This document shows positions 38,563 to 50,112 of a stretch of 64,000 nt of DNA, one piece after another. Made by a program: the position numbers and the translations under genes. Under the pieces are notes generated by a model, which made no database searches, was not told the DNA's origin, and worked only from the letters and a program-made list of their open reading frames with translations. Source of the DNA: Mytilus edulis. Its lineage: Eukaryota. The stretch is taken from the NCBI RefSeq assembly GCF_963676685.1, contig NC_092352.1, positions 19,468,001-19,532,000 of the forward strand, given 5' to 3'. Each line of letters begins with the position of its first letter. Positions within the stretch are counted from its first letter, which is position 1.

Positions 38563-41500
38563 ATATTGTTAAATGTTTTTGTTATTTTGAGAATTTGGTA
38601 TTAAGGGTAGATCTTTCATGGTATTTATTAATCTTTCTGGCATATTTGATGAGCACGTAAATTGTTGACAAACTCATTTACGTCTTTGGTTGCTTTCTTC
38701 GTTGACTTATATCTTATTTTCTGCTTGGTTCATATCTGTAGCCATGGCCAACAGTTACTGCTTCTGGTAACAAAGGAAAAACAGTGGATATTCAATAAAA
38801 GTGTTGAGATGGCATTAGTAAAATCTAAATTTATTAAAAAGTATATTTAATTTCATACGAATCACCCAACAGGACCACTCAATGCATAAAAAAATAAATA
38901 ATTGAACACAAAAAAACAAAAAAAAACAAAAAAAATGTTCACGTAACATATTTTGATGTAAACCATTGTAAGAAATGCTTAAAAATGACGTCACAGGTGA
39001 CACATGTAGAACAGGATCTACTAACTCTGCCGGAGGTCATGAGTTCACGCCCTGTTTTTAGAGACGTTTTTGTTGATCAGTCATTAGTTTTCTATAATTA
39101 GTGCTTTGTCGACTTGTTCGTCCTTTCGTTGTTTTTCGGGTTTTTTTTTGTCAGATTTTCTTCGACTTTTGAGTTCTGAATGTCCCTTTGTTATCTCTCA
39201 CTTCTTATTAACAACACGCTGCTAACGACAAAAACAATGTTTAAGCATACGCGAATAGTACTAAATACTGACATTTGATATAACGAAATTAATTCCCAAA
39301 TAACTTAACGAAAAGGGTTTCAAGCGTATCCCATAATATCAAACTTTGGTTTATATGATATATAACTATGTTTTTTTTCGAACATTTAGTCAAAAGTTAA
39401 AGGACACTTTAATTGTAGTAATGGGAGAGTGCTTGTTTGTTGTCGTGACATTGTATTTAAAATGTATTTAATGCTAATGCTTTGGTTTAAACAATTATGT
39501 TTTTGTAGACCACATACCCTTATTTCTATTAAATCGACATATTTCGTCTCAAACTGCATACAGCGCAATCGTTCGGGTCATACTTTCTCTTCTCTTCTAA
39601 AGACAAAGAATCGTAGCATTACGTCACAACTGTTTCAACCATTGGGTTTGTATGTCGTGCTGCATGCAACTGCAAGAAAGTCGTAAAAAATACTATGCTT
39701 GAGTTGTCTTCTCTCATATTTTTACAGTTATCGCATATTCAAACCTATGTAAGTTAATTTCTTTTATGTGAATTATTTAACATTTACTCGTTTATCGAAA
39801 TATTTCTGCTATCAAAACCAATTGTTTTCTCTATTCATTCATTTTAGGACCAAGTACGTGTATCTTGATTTGGCCCATAGTTGTTTAATATATATATGTA
39901 TTGTTTCTGTATTTAACAATGATATTGTCAGGTAAATGAAGGAAGCATTTGTTTCTCTCTTCGTTGTAGTCTATAATATCTTGATATTACACTACATCTG
40001 AATTAAGTTTTCATTTGTACTTTATCAACATCTTCAAATAGAAGCTAGGGTCTTGATCTTACAATGAGAAGTGTGTTTTCATTTTTTCTAATACTAATAG
40101 TCATAATAATGTAAAAAAGACAGCTGTAGAAGTTGTTCAACTTGGGGTTTGTTTTTGCATTGATGGTTTTCGATCACAAGCCTTCTTTTCAATTTTATTA
40201 AGGATGCAATGCTGATGTACAACAGGAATTTCTTGAAATGAAATACTTGGAATCTAGATTACATTATCATTGTAGTCTTTTCATCTTACTAGTCTCATAT
40301 TTTATATTTATCCTCTAAATTATCATCGAATAGAGGATAAAATTTGAAAAATAGGAAGGACAGGAGTTTTGATTTTTTTAAAAAGGCAGGATGTGCAACT
40401 TGGCAAGATACAGTTACTGCTTGGCTCTTGTTGTATATGATATCTGTTTATTTTCTTTTTTATGTCGTGAATTTACTCGTTCGTGTACTACATGTTCACT
40501 GAGATCAACCAAGTAGAATGTTAGGTGATGTATATGCATAGCAGGAGATGTTATACCCGGTCGACACACAGTCTAGCTCCTTTATGAGTTCACCCTGATT
40601 TGTCTTTTCTAAATCGATTGAAGAAATTTGAACTTTTTAATTGACTGTTAGTTTTATTACATTTTGCACTTTTTAGTAAAAAAAATACGGCAAAAAAAAA
40701 CTGGTAATGAATAACAAGTCTTGTCTGTTTTAGACCTTTATATCACTCTGAAAATTTTATATGAATGATTCCAGATTAATGGATATACATTCCACCTAAG
40801 TCATCCCGACCAAAATTTCAATTCTTTCATCCGTATTGATATTTTTGTAGTTTGTAGAAAGTTAGAAATAAAACACAATTTTCTAATGACAAGTTGTATA
40901 GCATGTATTGTTAACCACCAGCTCTCTGTTACACTGTATTATAAATTAATGCTGTAATTTCCTTTAAATGTAAATAAATATTGGTTTTTTTTATAAAGAT
41001 TTCAAACTTTGGAAATGTCATTACTAAATTAATTCATTCTCTGATTTCATAGAACTGTACAGTACAATAAAAACATCGTTATCGGGCCGGACAACATATA
41101 TAAATAGGTAGATGAGAAATGTCTTATGACACAGATGACCTTTAGGAACTGACAATAAGAATTCTGATAACTTCAGTTTTGTTTAATTTCAATGTATATG
41201 TCAAAGTTGTGTTTCTATTTGCAGCTCGCTTGCACCAGTACGTCACTAGTAATTTAAACGAATAACCCACACAGAAATATGTTTATGTATAAAAAAAATT
41301 TTTTACATAAAAATGAATAAGGTGTATAAAGGGTACTTGAGCTTAAATGTGAATGTTCTAAATCCTTTTGTGGTTCAAAATTAAATAAATATCACAAAAC
41401 ATTGCACATTGCACAGTACTGATGATTAAATAGTTTGATCAATTTTGAAAATTGGTGCCAGTCTATGCATGTTTAATTTACTATGATTATGCGTCTTTTT

Positions 41501-41747
41501 TTCTCTCCCTGAATGGATTGGACAAAAATAAGTCAACGTTTATAAAAATCTTTTAAAAATTGACCACTACAGACGCAACGTTCAACTTTATTCACTTTTA
41601 AAACCAGTACCAATTTCAGTGAATGAAAATTGTGTTACTTGTTTTAAACGCTAATTCTACTTCATTAGTCAAATCGAAATAAAATAGGCAACAAATCTAA
41701 GTTAAAACAATATCGGAAACACAACTGACTTATTTATGAAAAAAAAA

Positions 41748-42128
41748 TGATTTTTGTTCCCTCAATCTTTACTTTATGTACTGTAAGTGAACGCAAATAC
41801 ATGTTTAAGTGATGCTTACGATATTAAAGGGGACATTGTGGTTTCCGGTTTACGCGTCCATCTTTCTGTCTGTTTGTCCATTCGTTCGTCCGTACTGTTT
41901 AATTTACGATAGTTTATCATGAAATTGCTTAGTTCACTTTTTAACATGACAATCACACAGCCTGTGAAGCGACTGATTTTAGATTAAAGCTAAATGAATA
42001 AAAATCTTTAGGACAAACTCATAGACATGCCAAATTATTGTTTTTACCCAGATTTCACCATTCATTGAATATTGAAATGAAAAAGTGCGAGCCGCGTTGA
42101 TATAGTGTCAAATGGACACAAATTCTTC
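41748..42128 (+). mobile_element. Degenerate HINE/pearl-like element
   Basis: T-rich start, (gtcc/gttc)-type microsatellite, and a terminal hairpin gtgtcaaatggacac. A related short copy is at 15566-15692. Confidence 0.5.
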
Positions 42129-42344
42129 TAATTTATATCATATGGACGTAACAACCAAACAAATTTTTATAGTTATACATTTGAAACAACATCAAGCAAA
42201 CGCAATGGATGTTTACAAATGGCTTCGGCACTATGACCTTCTTCTTTCCAATAAAGGACTGCTATTGATGAATTGGCACTTTCTGCAATAGATCAAATTA
42301 ATTCGTTCATTGTATGTTCATTTGTTTGTGTTGATATGTCTTTT

Positions 42345-42747
42345 GATTGAGCCATTTCAATTGATATTTTATAATGTGTCTTTCTATGTTGTGATGTTAC
42401 ATTATTGTTTCAAGTAAAGGTGAAAGTTGGTACCATTAAAGCGTTTAAACCCGTTGCAATTGTTTGCATCCTTCCCAGTCACTGTTCCCGAAACAGCAAC
42501 CTGATGTTCAGTGGTTGTTGTTTGTTTATGTGGTTTATTATTGTTTCTAGTTTCTCGTTTTTTTATATAGATTAGAGCATTGGTTACCGTTTGAAATGTT
42601 TTCACTTTGGGACCCTTTATAGCTTGCTGTTCGGTGTGAGCCAAGGCTTCGTGTTTACGACCGTACTTTTACCTATAATGGTTTACTTTACAAATTGTGA
42701 CTTGTATGGAGAATTGTCTCATTGGCACTCATACCACATCTTATATC
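42345..42747 (+). mobile_element. High-copy SINE-like repeat, family A, interrupted at its end by the Ginger-like element
   Basis: Reverse complement of the 21915 copy; ends ctcattggcactcataccacatct. Confidence 0.8.
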
Positions 42748-44492
42748 TGTCGTGTACATTTTATTATTTTGTACAGGTTATTACTTGTACAAAATTATCA
42801 TACAAGTAATTATTCGTATGATGCCATCATACAGGTTATTACTTGTATAAATATAATTGTACAAGTAATAACCTATACAAATTTTGTGGAGAAAAAGATA
42901 ATAACTTGTACAACTCACTACCTTTCGTATTTTTTGAAATTTATATTGTGTTTGTTTTTCTGTCCTTATTTTCAAGTGTTTATCAGTATTATTTTTGAAA
43001 TGTTAGAAGTTTACAGATGAACGAAGGACGCAAAGTAATAATATAAGCTAACGTGACACCTTGTGCAAATTTAGCTAAACAGCTAGATTCCACGTAAATA
43101 CGGACTTCTGGTACAAAGTGACATGGTCGTTAAAAGCAAAACTAAATTGGTACCCTCCATTTTTTTTTCAAACATACATCATGACGAAAAATTGCATACA
43201 TAATACATAATATCATACATTGGAAATATAAGTCAAGCCTAATGGATTAAAAAACCTATTTTTTTGCACAAGACAAGGAAGCATGGCATCTAGAATTACA
43301 CAATAAGCTCATTTTTTTGCATTTACATTTGCCTGTTTTACAGCCACCCCGACAGCTGCAGTGAACATGACCTTGACCACCACTTAAAGAAAGCAATTGT
43401 ACTGCTTTCTGACGTCAACCTCTGTGTTCTCTTGTATGTCCAATATTGTCAATTCCTTTCTCTGAATCTTTTCAATTTGATTTCGACTCAAGAAACCGAT
43501 CATGATTCCAACTTTTGTACCTATTCTATATCCATTCTCTGCAATATCAAGCGTAACACCTTTGATGTTTTTACAGTCCATCGGCCCACGGTCTACTCTT
43601 TGTACTGGTATTATGACATTGTCTCCAATTTCTAAATCTTTTAATCTTTTTTTGGAAGAAGACAACATCTCATCGGCCTGTATTTGTTAGCCTGACAGGG
43701 CTCGTTTTCTCGCACGTATTAGTTTGAAATTTGTGTCTGTGTCAACATCAGTTTCAGTGCTCGTACTAGTTAAAACATTAATTTCAGTGTTTTTGTCCAG
43801 ATTAATTTCGGTTTCTGTGTTTGTGTCCAGATTGGTTTCAGTTTCAGTGTTTGTGTCCATATCGGTTTCCATTTCAGTGTTTATCTCCAGATCTGTTTCC
43901 GTTTCAGTGTTTGTGTCAAGATCTGTTTCGTCACCTTTGCGAATGAGTTTTTCAATGCCTGCTACACTCAAAACATCATATTGCCTTAAGAAATATCTTT
44001 GAAGAGCAGTCTTTTTGGAACTTAATTTTGCTTCCTTTACATTTTCAATAGTCTCTCTGTATCTTTCACGTGTAAATATTGAATTATTAGAAGATTTATT
44101 GTCATCACACAATTTAATTATTTCATCATGAAATTTCTTTTCTATACTGTTTTCCATCTTAACACTTTAGTTTTGACTACTTAAATGAACAGTTTTGTTC
44201 ATATATTTGATATATTAAATGTACTCACATATTGAGAGTTTATACCTTTAGGCTAAGTAAAGAATTATATGTTAAAAGGGAAACAATTTGTTTTGAACTT
44301 TAAAAAGGCCAAGGTAAAATAAAGATTTGTACAAGTTATTATCTTTTTCTCCACAAAATTTGTACAGGTTATTACTTGTACAATTATATTTATACAAGTA
44401 ATAACCTGTATGATGGCATCATACGAGTAATTACTTGTATGAACATTTTGTACAAATAATAACCTGTACAAAATAATAACATGTACACGACA
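42748..44492 (-). mobile_element. Internally deleted Ginger2-like (KRBA2/SCAND3-related integrase) DNA transposon
   Basis: About 165-bp TIRs with TGT...ACA ends and a 4-bp TSD tatc (42744-47 and 44493-96). Carries the N- and C-terminal parts of a KRBA2-like transposase. Confidence 0.88.
43256..44157 (-). pseudogene. Ginger/KRBA2-like transposase remnant lacking the DDE core
   Basis: N-terminus ...YFLRQYDVLSVAGIEKLIRK is joined to DTNTETETDL repeats. In-frame stop at 43687-89, then QADEML...GDNVIIPVQRVDRGPMDCKN...YRIGTKVG. After a frameshift comes GQGHVHCSCRGGCKTGKCKC...NSRCH...C. Confidence 0.85.
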
Positions 44493-45434
44493 TATCTATA
44501 GATTATTTCGTCAGTTTGAAATTTTCTTTTTAGCTGTTTAAACTGTCCTTATAGGAGACAGTAGTGGTTCATTTATTTGTCTCAATTGCTGAAGTTTTCG
44601 TTGTACTGCAAACATAAGTGAATGGTGTAACTGTTTATTATAACCCTAGTCATATTACTAGTTTCACATGATGCGAGGTATGAAATATGTTTCCGTAGCA
44701 CCTTTTCTTGATCTTGATAAAAGTTCGTACAGTCAACCATCACAAAGATAACCAATAAAAAAAAATACGTTCGAGAAATGAATATAACATAATGGAGAAA
44801 GAAAGCAAGCCTGAGAGAGATAGCATGCTCAAGTACATAAATTGCACAACAAGCATTCAAATAAACAGGATTACAAATATCTTTATCATTTTTTTTTTAA
44901 ATCTGTACAATTTTCTTATTTCAAATTGACTTGAACAAAATTTCTTTCGATTCTATGTCTGGATAATTTATGCCAGTTTCCTTTTACCTCATATTTATTT
45001 ATCAGAACAGTTATTATTGTATTACACCCATAATTATTATGAATACGGATTCTTGATTCTATAATATTTCAATTCTACATTGTTCTCCAAATCATGGTAT
45101 GCTTGTAGATTACTTGGTTGATAGCCTTTCTTAACGTAGTAAGGAATTCTTCTAACACTAGTGAAACGTTGTTCTGTGTATACTCTGAAAAATGAGCAAA
45201 GGCGGGGTGGGGTTCATGCTAGATTAAAAATTTGAATAGACTTTTAACAATTTACGATTTCAATGTTGCTTTCGGTGTTTATCAAAATGAGAGGCACACA
45301 TTTACAAAGATTTTAATGGCTAGTAATTAAAGAAGATATAATATACTCTACCCTTTCTCCAGATGTTAACTTTTTTACCAATACAAAATAGATCTATCTT
45401 AAAAGTATCCACCGGTCAAATAAAAAAGGAAACA

Positions 45435-45655
45435 TGGAGCAGGATCATGCTAACCCTGTAGGAGCACCAGAGTTCAACCAGGTTGTTTTGGTGGGGTTCG
45501 AGTTGCTCAATATTTACCAATGTTTCTTATGTTGTGTCTTGTAAACTGTTGTTTTTTTTTTTTTTTCAAATTCCGTTTTTTGCTTGACGTTTTCAGCCTA
45601 TAATCGACTTATGAGTATTGAATATTCCTGTTGTATACTCCTGTCTTTTCATTCA
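45435..45655 (+). mobile_element. Dispersed repeat (ggagcacc.gagttca.c...ggggttcg.gttgct family)
   Basis: Related decayed copies near 17845-18045, 39005-39205 and 40540-40600. Class unknown. Confidence 0.55.
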
Positions 45656-46282
45656 CAATTCTCTAGAAAGGATACAAATGCTTATGCTAGTTCATATCTT
45701 ATGCCTTAACCATGTATTGTTTCATTTGGTAATGCTATACTTGTTCCTAGGAGTTGGTATGCTTTACTTAAAATGTCCTGTACCAAGTCAGGGATATAGC
45801 AGTTTTTATCTAATAGTTCGTCTTTACGCATGTTGAATTGGCGTTTTTTGTTCAGTTGTTGCACTTCAGAGATTGTGTTGTTTCGTTGTTTTCGTCTTAT
45901 AGTTGGTGTGTTGCATCCCGTTTTAGCAAGGAAGTCATATAACCTCCTTGGTTTTAGTTTGCAACCCGGATTTGTTTTCTCTCAATCGATATTTATGCCT
46001 TTTGAACAGGGTAAACTACTGTTTCCTTTATTTAATATGTATTAGTTATGCTTCATATAATTCGATGGTATAATATCAACAGTTTCGTCACGGTGTGGCC
46101 AATCATTACAAAATAATCTAAAAATAATAAAAGAAATACCCTGATCTACGCAGCATGAAAATCTCGTTAGATGAAAACAGATAGCTGATGACTGGATACA
46201 ACAATAGAATAAGTATAGGTATACCAACCAACAATAAAAATTTGACCTGGAAATAGAAGACAGAAACTTATACTTTTAAAGC

Positions 46283-46480
46283 GACTGTCGTAGAAGTGAC
46301 AGGTTTAGTGCTGTAAAACCAGGTTCAATCCACCATTTTCTACATTTGAAAATGTCTGTACTAAGTCAGGAATATGACAGTTGTTGTCCATTGGTTTGAT
46401 GTGTTTTGTCCTTTAATTTTGCCATTTGAGTAGGGACTTTCCGTTTTGAATTTTCAGTATTTTTGTGATTTTTACTTTTT
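46283..46480 (+). mobile_element. SINE-like repeat, family B, with twister-like core at 46284-46381
   Basis: Same family as the 29640 and 49870 copies. Confidence 0.8.
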
Positions 46481-46634
46481 ATGTTTGTGTTCTAAAGCAA
46501 TCTGATTAAACATCAAATCTTATGGAACTCGCGTACTCATTCAAGTATAACGATATGATATCTATATTTAAATTAGATTGTATTCTTTTGATAACTTCTC
46601 ATATGTATACTGCTTCGGTTTTTCTCTCACTTTT

Positions 46635-46676
46635 TTAGAAATCATCATACATTTGCCGCCTCATTTTCATTATATC
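46635..46676 (-). CDS. DnaJ/J-domain gene, putative terminal exon
   Basis: tttgcag acceptor; DIMKMRRQMYDDF-stop in phase 0 after a 73-nt intron. Supported by splice signals only. Confidence 0.45.
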   Translation of the reverse strand, partial: DIMKMRRQMYDDF

Positions 46677-46749
46677 CTGCAAACCTAACAAATAGTTTGA
46701 AACATAACGGTATATCATTTTTTTCGTAAATATGCAAAATGATACATAC

Positions 46750-46847
46750 AAAATCTTCGTCCATTCTTTCAAAAAGAGTTTTCGGTCGGACAAACGTGTG
46801 TTGATGATCACAATATGTCTGGTTTTGTGCATTTTGTTCTGCTTCCG
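46750..46847 (-). CDS. DnaJ/J-domain gene, putative exon 3
   Basis: Strong acceptor cattttatctttcag, open phase-1 frame (A)EAEQNAQNQTYCDHQHTFVRPKTLFERMDEDF, donor gtatgt. Confidence 0.5.
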
Positions 46848-47482
46848 CTGAAAGATAAAATGATATCTATAATCCTTTTCAGAAGACTTTCTTTTTTTAT
46901 CATTTTCCATATTTTTTCCCCTCATGCATATTTTAAATGATATAATTGTCATGTTAATAAAAACGCTTGATACGTTTTTCATTACTCACAGCATCTGCCA
47001 TTTTGTTTTCTTTTGAAAAACTCTATCCATATTTGCTCGAGTCCAAAAGCGTTAAATGCCCAAAACAAAAACAAATGTATCATTTATTTTATACCATTAT
47101 TAACAGAAGGGTCAGTTCACACCGAGCCCTGTAGTATAGGTTGGTGTTACGGTACCGAACCAATGGCAATATGAATGTACAAAAACCGATTGCAGTGTTT
47201 GTGGATAACATCGCCCGGCTTACGATTAACTTGACAAATTTTGGGATAAGTGTAAAAATTATCTCTAACAAGCGCGTGATAGGAAATGAAAAAAATGTCT
47301 ACAAAATATGTATGAAGAAAGGTCTACACTAAATGTATTGGAACGCAGGTGGAAAATATTATCTCTGTCCCAGCGAGCTGAAACGTGTGTGTACTCTTAA
47401 TGTCCTTAATGTGTCCACTAACCGTTACCCATTCACCCCTACTTACAATTATTTACCCATTTTGATTACGAGATAACTTTAC

Positions 47483-47602
47483 CTGGATAACTATGTGACC
47501 TGTTCCTCTGTCTTAAGTGTTCTTCTATATTGGGTAGCTCTACTGTGTCATATAGATGTTTACTCTCGGTATCACTGAGTTTGTCGTAAGCGTTGTTTAT
47601 CA
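47483..47602 (-). CDS. DnaJ/J-domain gene, exon 2 (helices III-IV)
   Basis: cattttag acceptor; (V)INNAYDKLSDTESKHLYD completes the J domain; donor gtaaag. Confidence 0.8.
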
Positions 47603-47939
47603 CTAAAATGAATTTACAATAACATGTTATTAATGTCTAAAATGCTTATACTATATTCGAATAGAAGAATGATCTGCTTTAAAGTTCTGATATCAATTTC
47701 CTTAACGAACGATCTTTTAAAACAGACTTCGGATGGCAATGAAAGAAGAAGTTTATCAATCCATGACACACAATTTCAACGTACTTAAAATAAGAGAAGA
47801 GATACATCGCCTTTTTCTGTTTTTCACCTCAAATTGGAACATTGTGGTACTTTGAACACAACAAAATGTATTCAACGTAACATTGAGCAGAGTCGTATTG
47901 CTAAGAATTGAAGGTTAATAAAACTATAAATGAGTCTGA

Positions 47940-48165
47940 AGTAAAATCACAAAAATACTGAACTCGGAGGAAAATTTAAAATGGTAATAAGTCCTTTTAA
48001 TCAAATGGCAAAATCAAATAATAAAACACATCAAATGAATGGACAAAAACTGTCATATGCCTGACTTGGTACAGGCAATTTCAAATGTAAAAAATGGTGG
48101 ATTGAACTGGTTTTATAGCGCTGAACATCTCACTTGTACGACAATCGCATCAATTTATGAGAGAC
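47940..48165 (-). mobile_element. SINE-like repeat, family B, in a DnaJ-gene intron
   Basis: Same family as the 49870 copy; twister-like core at 48049-48145. Confidence 0.8.
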
Positions 48166-48199
48166 ATATACATTAAATAGATTCTGACGGAGACGGTAC

Positions 48200-48351
48200 C
48201 TTTGCATGCTTCCTCGGCTCTTGGTGCTTTGTTTTTATCAGGATGTAGTTGTAAGGACAGCCTCCTGTACGACTTTGATATAACTTCTATAGGTGACCGT
48301 CTCGGAACTTCAAGGATGTCGTAATACATACATTCTTGATAGAATAGTGTC
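48200..48351 (-). CDS. DnaJ/J-domain gene (DNAJB12/14-like J domain), first recognisable exon; possible ATG at 48329
   Basis: YYDILEV...KSYRRLSLQLHPDKNKAPRAEEACK with intact HPD. ttttaatag acceptor and gtaccg donor, in phase with the next exon. Confidence 0.82.
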
Positions 48352-49242
48352 CTATTAAAACGATTCAAAAAACTATTTCAAATTTTATGTATTATGTCAA
48401 ATTGAGATTCAACATTTATTCACACTAAAATTGAAAGAAAAACAAATGATTTCTGAGATTACATACTGGTTAATTGAGTGTGTCTCTCATTGCTGTTAAA
48501 GATTATATCAGAGCAAACTGCTAACAATACTTATTTTTATGGTATAAAAAAAACTTCTGTCTGTTTCATTCAAAACTTATCAAATCGGAGAAGTCAAAGA
48601 AACGTCGAACACACACGATTTTGGTTTCATTCATATTTTGAAGACGTGTAAATGCTATGCCTGTGTATATCTTTAGTGTGGTTATCAATATTACGCGAAT
48701 TTAAATATCAAATTAATAAAAAAAAAAAAAAAAAAAGGTTTTACTATGTTTTAATACTATTTCTGTGAATGCTACATATATTATCAATAAAACAATTCAC
48801 TATACCTGTTCACAAGTACTTGTTGCTCTTCTGTATATGCAGTATTGCTTTCATGGCTATTGTCCTTATCTTTATTTTGTGTCATTATGGAAAATTTCTA
48901 GATGTGTCACTAAAATAATGAAAAATGCATACAATTTAAAAACAAATATTGGTCAATGAGACACAGTTTAACCGAACGTAATGTTCAAACGGCATTTAGA
49001 AGACAAATGACATGTGTCTACAACATATTAACAAGCTCTTAACCGTACCGAATCTATATTTGTGAAAGGATGTTATCCCCCAAAAAAGGATCTGCCATCA
49101 AATTCTCCAAATAAATAAAAACAAACAAAACAGAAAAATACACAAAAAACAAACCCAGGTATGGTCAAACATCCATACAAAATCTTTGTATCTTTGAAAG
49201 AATGTTCTAAAGATTTGTCTTATTAATAAGTTGCTTGTACCA

Positions 49243-49403
49243 TTTGTAAGTTCACTGATTCAAATATTTGTAAGTTCGCTGATCCAAATATTTGGAAGTT
49301 CACTGATCCAAATATTTGGAAGTTCACTGATCCAAATATTTGGAAGTTAACTGATCCAAGTATTTGTAAGTTCACTGAGCCAAATTTTTGTAAGTTCACT
49401 GAT
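49243..49403. repeat. 24-bp tandem repeat, about 7 copies (aagttcactgatccaaatatttgg)
   Basis: Direct repeats visible; they explain ORF 49223..49447. Confidence 0.9.
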
Positions 49404-49435
49404 CGAAATCGAAGAAAAAGAATAATTTGTAGTAA

Positions 49436-49728
49436 GGAAGCTACCATTTGATTTTTATGGGGGGGCTAGGATGAAAAATTTTGTCCTTCCTTTTTTTTAG
49501 TTGTAATCTCTGTCCTGCATTTTTATTTTTCACTCTATTCTGTCCTGCCTTTTTTTTTTTTTTTTAGTTTATCCTGACTTTTTTTTACCTAAATTGCCAT
49601 CCTGACTTTTTTTTTTTGCAAGTGTCTCATCCTGCCTTTTTTTTAATCAAAATTCCTGTCCTGCCTATTTTTTCAAATTTCATCCTAGCCCCCCCCCCCC
49701 CCCCCATAAAAATCAAATGGTAGCTCCC
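49436..49728. mobile_element. Tourist/Harbinger-type MITE, TAA TSD (copy 2, inverted)
   Basis: Same family as 31861-32143; taa on both flanks. Confidence 0.9.
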
Positions 49729-49869
49729 TAACGAACGAAATCTGTTACAGATACGATCATTAGTGAACGAGTTTGGGAATATGCGAACAGTTAGGCGGGA
49801 CGAAGTGAACATCGTCGTCTTAAAAGGAAAACTAAGGAATGGAAAGTCTTCTTCTTTGTCGTTATTCGT

Positions 49870-50112
49870 GTAAAAAGTAAAATCACAAAAACACTGAACT
49901 CCGAGGAAAATTAAAAAAAGAAAGTCCCCAATCAAACGGCAAAATCAAAAGTTCAAACACATCAAACGAATGGATAACAACTGTCATATTTCTGACTTGG
50001 TACAGGCATTTTCTTATGTAGAAAATGGTGGATAGAACCTGGTTTTATAGCTAGCTAAACCTCTCACTTGTATGACAGTCACATCAAATTCCATTATATT
50101 GTCAACGATGCG
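49870..50112 (-). mobile_element. SINE-like repeat, family B
   Basis: Best-preserved family B copy. Confidence 0.8.
49980..50079 (-). ncRNA. Type-P5 twister ribozyme-like motif within a family B repeat
   Basis: ACUGUCAUA(P5) CAA GUGA GAGGU...UUCUA UCC AC C AUUUUCU-ACAUA-AGAAAAU G(P3) CCUG UACCAAGU CAGA(P4) AA UAUGACAGU(P5'). Pseudoknots ACC/GGU and AC/GU are present. This copy has U at the cleavage-site A, so it may be inactive. Confidence 0.65.

Noticed and set aside
42697-44471. Similar peptides in ORFs 42697(+) and 44265(-) as duplicated genes
   Set aside because: Both are translations of the transposon's TIRs.
47089-47378. Extra DnaJ-gene exon
   Set aside because: Several candidate acceptors give short frames with stops and no homology; it is not needed for a phase-consistent model.
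49223-49447. ORF with FGSVNFQI repeats
   Set aside because: It is a by-product of a 24-bp tandem repeat and starts inside a MITE.
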